This document shows positions 53,101-60,870 of a stretch of DNA of 64,000 bases, piece after piece. Under the pieces are notes generated by a model, which was given only the letters and a program-made list of their open reading frames with translations, was not told the origin of the DNA and ran no database searches. The DNA is taken from positions 28 through 64,027 of IMG/VR virus record IMGVR_UViG_3300032281_001326; one strand, given 5' to 3'. The number at the start of each line of letters is the position of its first letter. Within the stretch, counting starts at the first letter, position 1. The stretch comes from a virus (taxonomy: Duplodnaviria > Caudoviricetes). Position numbers and translations under genes: made by a program.

Positions 53101-54503
53101 GATAAAATACTTTGCTCTATTGCGGCTTGCTGTTGCGCGGCTTTATTTGTTCCTAATAATTCCTTTGCTGATCCGGCGGCAAATTTAGCTAACGTAGCAA
53201 ATAATTTTACAAGAACCGCAGTCGCTAAAACAGCACCTGGTCCAGATATGAAATCGCCAACCCCTTTAAAAAAGCCAGTCATTAGCTTCCCGCCAGCACT
53301 TTCCGCATCTATATTATTAAAAGAATCTAATAAATTATTGAAGCCAGAAAGAAAACCTTTTGCATTAGGTTCAAAAACAATAGAGCCAATTTTGCTTGCC
53401 GCCTGCTGCAATCCAGAAACGGCTTGACTAGATAACGCAGAAATAGTTTGATTTAAAAGTTCGTTTCTTCTAATAGCTTGATCAGTTGAACTTAATGAAG
53501 TATCTAAAGCTCTTCCAAAAATACTATATTCTTTACCTAAATCAGACAAAGCCGCTTTTAAAATGTTGATTTGGAAAACGCCGCCGACCTGCTCCGCAAC
53601 GTAAGATTTTTGAGTAGCGCCAAGAGTGTCATAAGTTGCCGCAAGCTGTTGTAATAAACTTATCGCGCTTTGCCCTTCTGTTGTATCAACCCCAAGAGAG
53701 CCAAGTAAATCTTGAACCTTTCCTCTTTGTAAACGTGTAAAAATAGTTTTAAAAGAGTTGCCGATAACCGCGCCGCCACGAGCCGTAGTTTGTTGAGCAG
53801 AAGTAACTAAAGCAATTAATTCATCTAAGGATACTCCAGCATCAACGGCAGTAGAACCAACGCGGCTAATAGCATTGGCAAGGTCAGCAGAGCTAACTGC
53901 AAAAGCGGCGTCAACGTTTGCTAATTTATTAACTACCTCTACTGCATCAAGCGCAGATCCAGCAAAAGAGTTTAATGTAGCAGTCAACGCATCAACGCTA
54001 GACTTCGCATCAAGTCCGCTGAGCCTAGTCAAAACTAGTGCGGCGTTTGTTCTTTTTAATGTTTCCTCAACCCCAAGACCTTGACGAGAAAGCTCAGTAG
54101 CTGCGTCGGCAACCGTAGAAAAAGATTGAGCCGTATTTTTAGCTATATCGAATAAACTAGCTCCAAATTTTTGCAAACCAGAAGAAGACAAACCGAGAAG
54201 AATATTTACATCTGTAAGTTTTTTCTGTACTTCTACGGTAGAGGATATTAAGCTTGAAAAAGCTTTTTCGACGGCAAAAATAGCCCCAGCAGACGCCCCG
54301 AAAGCAACGACGCGAGCATTAGACGCCTCCAAGCTTTTATTAAATTCAGAAACTTGCCCAGTTATTCTGCCAAGAGCCTGTGAACTTTTCTTTGTATTTA
54401 TCTCAGAAAATTCAACAGTTTTAAGGGCTTTGAGAATATCCTTCTCCATGCCTCTTGTATTTGCTCTTACATCAATTGTTGCCGTAGTCAAATTATCAGC
54501 CAT
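44142..54503 (-). CDS. Tail tape measure protein (3453 aa) carrying an internal array of enzyme-like modules
   Basis: TP901-type TMP core at aa ~80-330, long A/Q/K/S-rich coiled coils, G/A-rich hydrophobic segments (~47890-48100), canonical position after tube and chaperone genes. Confidence 0.93.
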   Translation of the reverse strand: MADNLTTATIDVRANTRGMEKDILKALKTVEFSEINTKKSSQALGRITGQVSEFNKSLEASNARVVAFGASAGAIFAVEKAFSSLISSTVEVQKKLTDVNILLGLSSSGLQKFGASLFDIAKNTAQSFSTVADAATELSRQGLGVEETLKRTNAALVLTRLSGLDAKSSVDALTATLNSFAGSALDAVEVVNKLANVDAAFAVSSADLANAISRVGSTAVDAGVSLDELIALVTSAQQTTARGGAVIGNSFKTIFTRLQRGKVQDLLGSLGVDTTEGQSAISLLQQLAATYDTLGATQKSYVAEQVGGVFQINILKAALSDLGKEYSIFGRALDTSLSSTDQAIRRNELLNQTISALSSQAVSGLQQAASKIGSIVFEPNAKGFLSGFNNLLDSFNNIDAESAGGKLMTGFFKGVGDFISGPGAVLATAVLVKLFATLAKFAAGSAKELLGTNKAAQQQAAIEQSILSILQKNNQFTNQILSGKITTVQAEKQMLDYLTAQSNILREQERLSKVIGANLSKVGVSVGASGVPMVAAAKGKKAASSGFIPNFASDQAIGQAMENSGARQHGYKAGKAKKTTIHDGNGKSFKSFVNSKEDVKTFTNSAGKKATVVRPPNGFGENTQYAAGGFVPNFVNIGSLDKFRSIGFKLKKSEEDAKKNKSLPRLNRKDNVSLVGGKLFTQYEAIKPGESEAQYESRIIKQYGYDSNIQAKLYNKGNSSIDGVRSGGSVFDFLEVKAGGYSQSDVYTKMLRAAPENYGENNQLDKWTIGRDNFSIRGLLVQADNPKQSSVVQKRAKKAVDESYSYRVAKGLGTEKMNNYVSKMDSYGNKSAMASGFIPNFASAKASDRMTQMVMDKFYAINDPVQFKKEYDIQSFKPAALKALYRERVGGGDSTLAGRAGFANQKATSGGNVPVKDLGKLEDYTMIHAGAEGYSKKIADYTKEDKKTGQKTRYLASIGTAGLNGKQLRGGSIQDRVGDALVTEANNLSETFNPGSGSKFSNYKQLANTGSVFSAAGTVFESAVRGAFNVPAQGQGDRIDFPNPSERLRSFFHGATGSYEAKITDTPQNRSSSLSKYIAVKGLSSGFVPNFAKEVSQRTGSDALLDNDGTLKINYLSSSRGNPMRDLLRLFMSGAIKKIEAGMIVGPNVPKLLLDSSKLIENIRRKNPLLPRVPITGSFRPSTLKAHLNRNSVGSSAYKALMYPRLGIDYYTEKHVKDLDKTMRSFGLDPEKDNDQFVNLESLFPNGIASGFVPNFAKSKLSFSQTKEDEFGISSLNAIMGGKKVGGFETSTRKDGTIDIGDISVNKAYRGRGISGELYKEAIKRSVGKKMKGQLLPQMNRLLEKIKKGEPVSAETLYPQIKRADLAKSSVFEVYGHKGLEAEKMTRDQFTSFVNAKISELKKDPKKLQSYFGNIEAGEYGGLGVDLQTQHSSGFVPNFASGIITGDVIKGNEYKSVLDFLAKTNKPVRTIIGPSGSGKTTMASKSGGSIVKSFNDLARFDSYILDRATMSMPKDEIVSENLKKIFRKSGESGALDLLVGSRNTIKSLREKRAKEGDSIIPDRKQFTSGSGGVSSFVKGARGFVSEYPGASVSRIFKDKSEYKTKKILSGGFVPNFASPELIEAINKRIKNPNVAQKLKEGAGLNDSAYMKAASKLGIDVAGLEAFLPQMGFPLRGKDKVLNLSKAIGFGFGRSFAIDALKMGDWNYVKPQFESAGFAKDDFDKLSKYVKTPKGESALKWWRSPVSKASGFVPSFADQVRKNMYDWDGTIIPTIRGGADEYIRQLGSLKEKDLLPIGKKLKAGKKKFDILTSRPPMFEKAISETSSRLGLPVNKINFGVKPKDKIAEAGRRGSKIVDDNLDLIGKPGFLNARVVNKRLSSGFVPNFSSALDDAIAREQSSGLSKSQIYVDKHSSLKNKNNPMGLMVANTRDEPLGGIQGIKRAKKEGRNPKTYGGASSGFVPNFFGPNAEEKLEIDSLQKSLDELENQIKQAASNFSNPEKKAERLERRKERLEGVGYGDVSTSETKALESKAGKARELRDRLAQKGDVSGAQRAQVLVQAAESDLKKLNSELYKKVKERIKSIENEIAASKPSVDAYKAEQAALSENVEATRGRLESKKKETSFTGKSKKFFKENALSAGFGLQAVAGMAGEYAGNDDTKEGRGTKAIASGIGTVASFAGTGAMFGPWGAAIGTGVGVIKAFHDGIKAVTSKVPDMEKSLQTSSDAMSRFGESGQKLLQLNEQYGDALNSGNPGQAADIMVKTQKAYAEELSKLTQAQRDSFISAVAQGKGQEEYAKILGEMQDSVRASESALSLQKFSESKGAFGGPDKKLISGIDKTLVSDLTKGLDADAIKKALENASPTLADKGAGTENQAIALMRSLAQSESLTVDQKANFEKVIDSFASAAAQTDLGAVSEAFVEGIQLKPKSFEDVQKSQEAWKKSQEINNAKIKEEIAIREKANASLLQLQSETEAIYGSFNDSLERFISSVETAAKMRAASGEFKQEFYSEGGAPNAAESQKEKNIVQASKDNLTVDVYKSQLEASNVFNSAVNDLVGSLDVDIAKLGVGGQSMDQQNQLLGVQSSIQKALLPIQGMILKGDYEGARQKTSEALSGLKPEEVSAVGVDAITKVGQQLDQTLQDSSKKLDQIKQNSQKDLAIQAQQLVFQRTMSKLRQAQGFGGTDIKGLITDNGGESFQQAISSLKDLKTLGYNQKDLQQGYVKGGGAETYGIKDKKANAAMSGKVIDFYGAASKITGSPVMSSQSKDFGALAQAVSDQIRKQMDQLKAAGKGVVDPAVFSRMEKTLATLGGGDRVAQLKIFKDLGVADVGGKQVMDEALKTYSGGQFANLSPELKKAFESTTDEGAAATLLLVGGQDKQTQSLNEGFNFLSGIGGQTNDLLSQQPDAIAAAIGAVLEKGRASSEAQKSNQEAKSLDKQYSDNSAKLKEANKSAVSAQAQVDSTVESLGGNANNLPIEDFIKSMEVSKEDKDKAAAITSIDKKKYIEENSNRKGAPGELERERIGIGTPEELGKKYDEAVALQEKVKKIEALKAASQQASSKKSEAAGLSKASEEIRKKQDEFAPIAQAKNEASRKASEAATQSRNIAMKNMPAQQAMNYYANDKKARETALAQSLATENLKKTKQQKQTLDRSSGRETTISPYSGKGDTYENIAVTKAGGANQSAFQDLLSQMVVPSFDKFKDVYASLGEEGGAKGAYERTRNEMIGPALSSKTPITESASQSQQMVSAIKEGVKQASASTVGGAITSEENKSLMSKHGYVQGEGWKNESGKAAYSEELKMLKEQKQAQQQLSSQTGANNLQKNAEQEQTKKQENEKAKAQSAQQDPTQLISSILTTVQQISTDLQKKASGTTEQQPAQSGSAGGVSVSAPVSFSVNSTAGEGKDAATAIAEQIKAGLSSFLSSPEFIDKVTSIADQAAGNKKPPKTKTFAK
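48864..49238 (-). other. TMP module: HAD-family phosphatase
   Basis: YDWDGT (motif I), ILTSR (II), K (III), VDDN (IV). Confidence 0.75.
49674..50186 (-). other. TMP module: P-loop kinase/NTPase
   Basis: TIIGPSGSGKTT, YILDR. Confidence 0.8.
50205..50735 (-). other. TMP module: GNAT acetyltransferase
   Basis: Motif A IGDISVNKAYRGRGISGELYKEAI. Confidence 0.8.
51249..51980 (-). other. TMP module: PD-(D/E)XK nuclease-like domain B
   Basis: GTVFESAV...RIDF...YEAKI. Confidence 0.55.
51999..52601 (-). other. TMP module: PD-(D/E)XK nuclease-like domain A
   Basis: EAQYE...SIDGV...FLEVKAG. Confidence 0.6.
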
Positions 54504-54571
54504 ATACCTTTAAATTCCGAAAGTTAACCTCTGTCAGTAATTTTACACAAAATAAGCATATACAATCCCAA

Positions 54572-55615
54572 TTATTTTAACTTATCAGTTTTTTTAATTA
54601 TCTGATTTATAGGCATTTCTCCTCCAGATTCTTCAGCGGCAGATAAAAGATCTGAACTACCAGAAGCTACGCCGCCAACTCCAAGTTTTTTATAATCCGA
54701 AGAACTAGCTCCAACAATAGAACTTATTCTACCGCTACGCTCCCCCTTTGTTTTATTTTTGTTAGGAGTTCTTTCCATCATGCTCTTTGCTTTCATAGAA
54801 GAAGAATTTCCTCCTTCGCACCAATCTATCAAGACGGACGGATCACTAAGTATATAATCTGGAATTTGTTCAGTTGCGTTATTTATAGACCTTCTAAAAC
54901 TTGCTGCATAGGAAAACAAATCAATTTGATTAATAGTTAAAGACGGAATAGGCTTCCCATAAAAATCTATTATCGACATTTCTTTACCAGTTAAAATTAA
55001 TAAATTCTGAAAAAAACCAGTCGCCGCCACGTATTTTACATTTTCTAATTTAAGAAAATTAATAACATTAAAAACACTATTCCATATGTCGTTATATATT
55101 TCGTCTTCTATTTCTATGAAATAATCTTCATTATTACCAAAGTAAACAGAAAACTCCTTGTCTTTAAATAAAGAATAATATAAGTAATACCTATTATAAT
55201 ACTTGTCAGCGTATTCTTCTGCGGTTATTGGAATAATACTTTTCTTTTCAGAAAGAATTATATCAAGCTTTCCCTGCTCTTCTTTTATAGTTTGAGAAAC
55301 CTGCTCTTTCTGGGACGGCAACATTAATTTTTCCCTACTCTTTTTTAAATTTTCAATAAATGCAGTAAGAGTTCTTATCTCATCCTCTTTGGACTGAGAC
55401 CACCACTTCTTTTCTATATAAAAATCTATATAATCTTTCTCTGTCTTTATACCATTAGACTGAGCAATAGAAATACCTTCTTTATATTTATCCTTTAAGG
55501 CGTGCCTATCAATATAGGTGTGATGTTTTAAAAAGCACTCTTCGCCGTTAATAAATATTCTTTCATAACCAGCGCAAACCTTAACATAAAGCTTTTGTAT
55601 ATCATCAAGTTCCAT
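54572..55615 (-). CDS. Putative tail assembly chaperone
   Basis: Helical protein directly upstream of the TMP; call is positional. Confidence 0.5.
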   Translation of the reverse strand: MELDDIQKLYVKVCAGYERIFINGEECFLKHHTYIDRHALKDKYKEGISIAQSNGIKTEKDYIDFYIEKKWWSQSKEDEIRTLTAFIENLKKSREKLMLPSQKEQVSQTIKEEQGKLDIILSEKKSIIPITAEEYADKYYNRYYLYYSLFKDKEFSVYFGNNEDYFIEIEDEIYNDIWNSVFNVINFLKLENVKYVAATGFFQNLLILTGKEMSIIDFYGKPIPSLTINQIDLFSYAASFRRSINNATEQIPDYILSDPSVLIDWCEGGNSSSMKAKSMMERTPNKNKTKGERSGRISSIVGASSSDYKKLGVGGVASGSSDLLSAAEESGGEMPINQIIKKTDKLK

Positions 55616-55655
55616 AAATAAAATATGGTAACTTATTTATATAATAAGCTATCTT

Positions 55656-56489
55656 CTACTTATCTGCTACTACAGATACAGATTGATTAATCTCTTCAGT
55701 TTCTTTAAAATCAACTTCAGCAACCGTCTCATTTTCTTTTTCACCTCTGCTCTTATCTTCTAACGAATTATCATCCGGTTTTAAAAGAGACTCATCCTCT
55801 TGAATTCTTTTCAGGTATTCCTCGTCTAAAGATTTAAAATCTTCAAAAGAAGATGCGCTACCAAGATACCAAACAGTAACTAAATAATTTATTCTAGAAA
55901 AGCAATCGGTAAGAAATTTATCATTTTCAATAATAGAGTCATAAATATCAAGCCTATCTTCAATTTGTCCGCTACCAAGTAACAACTCTACAATGCCTTT
56001 ATTCTCTTCGGCAGCTAAATTAGCTGCCCACCAAACAATAGTGCGATTTCTTGCCTTTGCTTCTGCCGTATTCTCAAATGCATTAACCTGAGCCATCTCC
56101 ATTTCTTGCATTCTTTTTCTAACCCTGATTAATTGACCCTCAAAAAATTCAATTTGATTTTTTTCATCTTCCGTTCTTTCCTTTTCAGACTTAACAGATA
56201 GATTATCTACAGAGTTTCTAAACTCAGAAAACTCAACAAAAAGATCAGAATACTCCTTTTGGTCTACTTCAGAAATTATACCGCCGTTGTCTTTAAAGAT
56301 CTTGTCCCAAACTATTTTGGGCAAAACCCCAGCAGAAATAAACTGAGAAAGTTTAGAAGCATAAAAAAGCTCGCCATTTTCTTTCATTTTTCTAGTCGGC
56401 TTTAAAATGCAAAATTTTCTTTTAACTGAAGCCGCGTCAGTAGCCTCAAATGAGTATAAATATTTTTCTTGTTGTTTATTGTTATCCAT
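55656..56489 (-). CDS. Putative tail assembly chaperone
   Basis: Acidic helical protein between tube and TMP; call is positional. Confidence 0.5.
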   Translation of the reverse strand: MDNNKQQEKYLYSFEATDAASVKRKFCILKPTRKMKENGELFYASKLSQFISAGVLPKIVWDKIFKDNGGIISEVDQKEYSDLFVEFSEFRNSVDNLSVKSEKERTEDEKNQIEFFEGQLIRVRKRMQEMEMAQVNAFENTAEAKARNRTIVWWAANLAAEENKGIVELLLGSGQIEDRLDIYDSIIENDKFLTDCFSRINYLVTVWYLGSASSFEDFKSLDEEYLKRIQEDESLLKPDDNSLEDKSRGEKENETVAEVDFKETEEINQSVSVVADK

Positions 56490-56522
56490 TTTTATTTTCC
56501 TTTTACCTAATTACTATTATAC

Positions 56523-56756
56523 TTAAACTAAACGTAAATTCGAAAAAATTGAATTAATTTGTTCGTCGATATTTCTTATTGCAGCATTACCCTTATCGAA
56601 AATCTCTTTTCTTTTTGCCTGATACTCATCATTTGATATTGCTCCTCGATTAGACAACTCTTCGAGATACAATAAATGAGATACAAACAAGTACTTTATT
56701 TCCTTCTCGACTTTCTGCGAAAGAAATTTATCAAAATAAAATTCAAATTTTTGCAT
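56523..56756 (-). CDS. Hypothetical protein
   Basis: 77-aa ORF in the tail operon. Confidence 0.6.
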   Translation of the reverse strand: MQKFEFYFDKFLSQKVEKEIKYLFVSHLLYLEELSNRGAISNDEYQAKRKEIFDKGNAAIRNIDEQINSIFSNLRLV

Positions 56757-56835
56757 GTTACCTTTTAAAACCTTTAAAACCTTAGATTACCTAATGTGTA
56801 TACATTAAATTTAAAAAAAATAGAATACCAAAAAC

Positions 56836-56863
56836 AAAAAAGAGCCAAAAATGGCTCTTTTTT
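56836..56863 (-). terminator. Intrinsic (potentially bidirectional) terminator
   Basis: AAAAAAGAGCCA-N4-TGGCTCTTTTTT inverted repeat downstream of the tail tube unit. Confidence 0.8.
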
Positions 56864-56888
56864 ATATTAAACTTTCTATATTTTTAAC

Positions 56889-57170
56889 TTAACTTTTAAT
56901 TTGTACCGCAAGTCTTTTTTGCTTTTCGCTTGTAGAGGCTGCTTCTAATATAGGCTCGCTAGTATTTTCTTGAATAATATCTATTGAGGGCTGTGTCTGA
57001 GCAGTAACAACTTCCATTTTTTTACCAGTGAAAGTTTTTATAAACTCATAATCGGCATTGCTTAATTCTAAACACTCATTCTTAACAACACCCCTCTTCA
57101 AAGCCTCCTCAAGGAAACCCGGAGGCTTTGATTTAGCAGCGGAAACAATCTCTGAAAGAGTAATTATCAT
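56889..57170 (-). CDS. Hypothetical protein
   Basis: 93-aa ORF after the tail tube gene. Confidence 0.6.
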   Translation of the reverse strand: MIITLSEIVSAAKSKPPGFLEEALKRGVVKNECLELSNADYEFIKTFTGKKMEVVTAQTQPSIDIIQENTSEPILEAASTSEKQKRLAVQIKS

Positions 57171-57181
57171 TAAAACTATTA

Positions 57182-58279
57182 TTAAACAGTTGGATAACTT
57201 CCAGAAAGGAATACGCCTTTAGTCAAGTCTTCTGGTCCACCAATACTAACCTCATATTCAAGAGTAACAGAAGCGTTATCACCAATTGAAGTAGTGACAT
57301 TCTCTGAAAGAAGTTTAGCACCTTTTAATTGGGCAAGCATTCCAATATCACCATTTCCCGAGCAGCTATTTTCTCTAAGAGTAATAGTCATATCATAGAA
57401 TCCAGTTTCGCAAAGCAGATCAGAAAGATTGAAATCTCTTAAATCGCCCATTTGAGCCTCAACTGAAAGAGAAGCTGTAACGGGGAAGTCGATTTCTCTA
57501 CTGAATGGGAATCTACTACCTAATTTTTCAATTGGGGTTCTTCCAAGCTCCGTCGAAAGTGTAAAGCTTTGAATCTTAATGTCATCAGCGACAAAGCCCT
57601 TCACTTGATCATTTGTAAGAGCTAAAGTAATATCACCAGGTCTTAAAACGGTAACTTGACTAGCAGTGCTTTCAACAGCAACTGGAAGAGCAAATTTAAT
57701 ACCAGTAACTTTTGTTCCATTAGATGGATTAATCGCAGGAATATTGTTTGAAACAGAAGCGTCGGCATAAACAGCAAAGTTAAGAGCTTCAAAATCCGCA
57801 CTCGCAGTTGGAACATCACCGACTGATGCCTCAAGAGAATAAGAAGTCAAGAAACAGTTACCAACTCCAAAAACGCCAGTTTTAACACCAGCATAACCAA
57901 CGGCATCACTTCCCTCATTCGCAACTAATAAAAAGTAATTTTTCTCATCTGTCTGTTTTTTAAGAATACCGGAAAGCAAAGCGGTAGTAGCTTGACCACT
58001 TCCGCAAACGCTCAAACCAATGGCTTTTTCATTAAATCCGTCAGTAGGATACCAAGAAGTGCTCATGTTAACAGTAGGAGCCTCAACCTCAATACGATCA
58101 ATAGCAGCCAACTGACCATACTGGTTAATATCAGTAAAGCTTCTTGAAAAATCAGAATCCCAACTTTGAACTCTAGTAAGCTGCTGAATTGCACCAACTC
58201 CAGTATGAATACCTGATTGAGCGCTGTTTTGCCCGGCGTAAAGAGCCAAGCTTTGATAAATGATACGATTTCTTCCCAT
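57182..58279 (-). CDS. Major tail (tube) protein
   Basis: Beta-rich with a tube-like pattern (RVQSWDSDFSR...INQYG; IQSFTLSTELGRTPIEKLG..P..RE), between neck genes and chaperones/TMP, followed by a terminator. Confidence 0.72.
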   Translation of the reverse strand: MGRNRIIYQSLALYAGQNSAQSGIHTGVGAIQQLTRVQSWDSDFSRSFTDINQYGQLAAIDRIEVEAPTVNMSTSWYPTDGFNEKAIGLSVCGSGQATTALLSGILKKQTDEKNYFLLVANEGSDAVGYAGVKTGVFGVGNCFLTSYSLEASVGDVPTASADFEALNFAVYADASVSNNIPAINPSNGTKVTGIKFALPVAVESTASQVTVLRPGDITLALTNDQVKGFVADDIKIQSFTLSTELGRTPIEKLGSRFPFSREIDFPVTASLSVEAQMGDLRDFNLSDLLCETGFYDMTITLRENSCSGNGDIGMLAQLKGAKLLSENVTTSIGDNASVTLEYEVSIGGPEDLTKGVFLSGSYPTV

Positions 58280-58363
58280 ATTTTTATTTTATTTTATTAG
58301 TTATTGCGATTTAAAAAACTATAACTTAGATTACATTGCAAAAAAAATTATGGGAATATTATT

Positions 58364-59212
58364 TTACAGTCTTGGATGTCTAAGGGCTTTTATTTTAAAA
58401 TCAATAAACCCGCCCCAAACTCCGTCCTTTATTACCTTATTTAATCTTTCATCAAATTTAGAAACTCTTACAGAATCTATATAAGCAGAATTATTTGAAA
58501 ATTGACTACATAAATCAAAGTAATCATACTGAATTCCAGATTTAAAATCACCAAATATACCGAATGGAATTCCAGAAGAAGGAATAATTGAAAAGTTTTT
58601 TCTAGCGCAGTCTTGTAAAGTAGAATTTATTGAATCTAATTTAAATGCATTATCGGACAATACTGTACATCTAAACTCATATTCAGACTCGTCCATCCCG
58701 CCAAACGCAAAAGGCTTATTTTCGCTGTAAAAATTCTTAACATAAATAAGAGGATACGGCTCTATATTTTTTGCCATTCCGCTAGGAAACGCTCTATAAT
58801 AATTAGGATCTTCCATCAAAAGTTGCGTTTCGTCTTTAGAAGTCAAGAATATATTAAATTCTTTTCTCGAAAACGTAGCGCTTAAATTTGTTAGATTTTT
58901 AGGAAAAGATTCGTCCAAAAAAACTCTGCCCATTCCATAGTCAATTTGCAATCCACTTTGGAGTTTGTTAAGAGCGCTATTTCCATAATAAACAGAATTA
59001 GCCACTACCCCACCAACGTCAGATATGCTATTATCCGCTACCCACTGCCTATACTCGGACTGATAAACCGTTTTATTTCCAAATGATAAATCATTAGAGG
59101 GATAAAGTTTTCCGCTTGTTACGTTTAAAAAGCCATTTGCATTATAACACACCTCATGATCCAAAAACATCATGAAAGAAGCAGATAATTCATTTATAAA
59201 AGAAGGCTTCAT
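58364..59212 (-). CDS. Putative tail terminator/completion protein
   Basis: Position; C-terminal YPLIYV...PFAFGG...FRCTVLSD pattern. Confidence 0.5.
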   Translation of the reverse strand: MKPSFINELSASFMMFLDHEVCYNANGFLNVTSGKLYPSNDLSFGNKTVYQSEYRQWVADNSISDVGGVVANSVYYGNSALNKLQSGLQIDYGMGRVFLDESFPKNLTNLSATFSRKEFNIFLTSKDETQLLMEDPNYYRAFPSGMAKNIEPYPLIYVKNFYSENKPFAFGGMDESEYEFRCTVLSDNAFKLDSINSTLQDCARKNFSIIPSSGIPFGIFGDFKSGIQYDYFDLCSQFSNNSAYIDSVRVSKFDERLNKVIKDGVWGGFIDFKIKALRHPRL

Positions 59213-59214
59213 TT

Positions 59215-59802
59215 TTATTTGTTATTTACAAGTCTTTTGAAGAAATCGGAATACATTTTCGAAAAATAAGAAACTCTTTTAAACGAAAGCTGCCTAATTT
59301 GATTTTTAATTTGTTCTCCGCCTTCGGATCTACCTAATCCGCTCTTGGAAAGAAAATATCCAAGCCCGCTTATTCCTTTTTCTATTCCACTGAGCCAGCT
59401 TCTTCCACTAGCCCAAGGCATTGGAGAAGCGTTTTCAAAATCTGACAATTTAGGCGACAAAACGTTAAAACTTATAAGCGTTCCATTTTTTTCTTGCTTA
59501 ACATAAGATTTTGTAATTAATCTTATTTTATTTATTAATTTTTTAACTGGCTCTATAGGATCTAAGCCAGATGGAAAACCAATAAAGGAAAAAAGATTAC
59601 CATAGCCACCAAGAGTGCCAGATATATTATTAGAAGTTGCGCCGCCTTGTATTTCAATAGTAACCGGGTGAGATGAAAACGAATCAATCAATGTTTTTTT
59701 TGAATCCTGCAATTTGCTTTCAGCTATTTCTAAAGCAGCAGATCTCACAATCTTATACTTGCCTATATTTAGATTTAATTTTCTATAATCTATTTCAGCC
59801 AT
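59215..59802 (-). CDS. Putative neck/tail completion protein
   Basis: Position; GNLFSFIGF and PWASGRSWLSGIEKG segments, basic C-terminus. Confidence 0.5.
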   Translation of the reverse strand: MAEIDYRKLNLNIGKYKIVRSAALEIAESKLQDSKKTLIDSFSSHPVTIEIQGGATSNNISGTLGGYGNLFSFIGFPSGLDPIEPVKKLINKIRLITKSYVKQEKNGTLISFNVLSPKLSDFENASPMPWASGRSWLSGIEKGISGLGYFLSKSGLGRSEGGEQIKNQIRQLSFKRVSYFSKMYSDFFKRLVNNK

Positions 59803-59805
59803 AAT

Positions 59806-60261
59806 CTAATTGACCTCTTTAAGTATTATGGTATAAAATTGAGGAGAAATTATTCCATGGGGCTTTGAAAATCCAACCCAGTCGCATTTTTTTTCATCTA
59901 CTATAAATTGCTTATAACCATTAATAAAATCATAGGCTTCTTTTCTCATTTTTAAGCGACATAAATTATCATGGATTTTTGGTCTAACTACATCCATTCC
60001 ATTTTCTGCGGATAAAACTTCTTTGCTCGGATCTTGCCACATAACCCTCATTTTAAAAACTCCAGAGACAGGAATAAATGTTTCCTCAATAGAAGATTGA
60101 GAGTCATCAGAATAGAAATAGTTATATTCAGAATCGGAAGTATTAATAATAACTCTTTTGGATTCTTTTATTATAGTTACATCTCTACCAAATGATTCGT
60201 GCAAAGATTCAAAAGCATCTTCGTAACTAGCTTTCTGCTCAGGTGTAAAAAAGTTTTGCAT
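59806..60261 (-). CDS. Putative head-closure protein
   Basis: Position and size (151 aa), beta-rich. Confidence 0.45.
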   Translation of the reverse strand: MQNFFTPEQKASYEDAFESLHESFGRDVTIIKESKRVIINTSDSEYNYFYSDDSQSSIEETFIPVSGVFKMRVMWQDPSKEVLSAENGMDVVRPKIHDNLCRLKMRKEAYDFINGYKQFIVDEKKCDWVGFSKPHGIISPQFYTIILKEVN

Positions 60262-60818
60262 TACAACAGGTTTTCTCTATTTCCTCTATAAGTATCATAA
60301 GATGAACCAGGACCAACATAATATCCACCTTCAAAAATATCAGTGCCAACAACTTGCTGCGGCGTAGCTCTAAACTTAAGATAAGATTGAACCATTTTAT
60401 CTAGTTCAGCTTTTGTATCTTGAGCTAATGATTTATAGTTTTTAGCAACTTCATTTCTATTTACTCTAGTTATTGAAGAATCCCCTTCTCTTAACGAAAC
60501 CCAATCTCCTCCAGCGTAACCAGCAGCTCCGCGTAAAGTATTTCTAGCCTGTTTATTATAAAAATCTAATTCAAATATTTTCTGATATATAGCGGTTTCC
60601 TCAGAGCCTATTTCTGGAGTTATTGTATAATTTGTCATTTCTCCATATTCGCCAGTAGTATATGCCCCAGAATAACACGTATCAATAAGCGTATTTAATC
60701 TACCAAGATTATAGTTCCCAGCAAACCAATAAGCTAAATACTCATGAGAATACCCAGCATCTTCTCCAATTTCCTCGTAAACAGATCTTATGAAATCATT
60801 AAAATAAAGACAATTCAT
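60261..60818 (-). CDS. Putative head-tail adaptor
   Basis: Position; helical with W.S..EGDSSITR hairpin typical of adaptors. Confidence 0.5.
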   Translation of the reverse strand: MNCLYFNDFIRSVYEEIGEDAGYSHEYLAYWFAGNYNLGRLNTLIDTCYSGAYTTGEYGEMTNYTITPEIGSEETAIYQKIFELDFYNKQARNTLRGAAGYAGGDWVSLREGDSSITRVNRNEVAKNYKSLAQDTKAELDKMVQSYLKFRATPQQVVGTDIFEGGYYVGPGSSYDTYRGNRENLL

Positions 60819-60870
60819 AAGAAGAATTACACTACAAGCAAGAGTTTAGACTTGCCTTATTTGAATTTAA

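Noticed and set aside
55634-55641. T4-type late promoter TATAAATA
   Set aside because: Only one upstream instance noticed in very AT-rich DNA, and the sigma factor has region 4, unlike T4 gp55.
55616-55790. Programmed -1 frameshift joining the two putative tail chaperones (heptamer T TTA AAA near 55780)
   Set aside because: The -1 frame hits TGA within three codons, and the downstream ORF has an in-frame TAA just upstream of its ATG.
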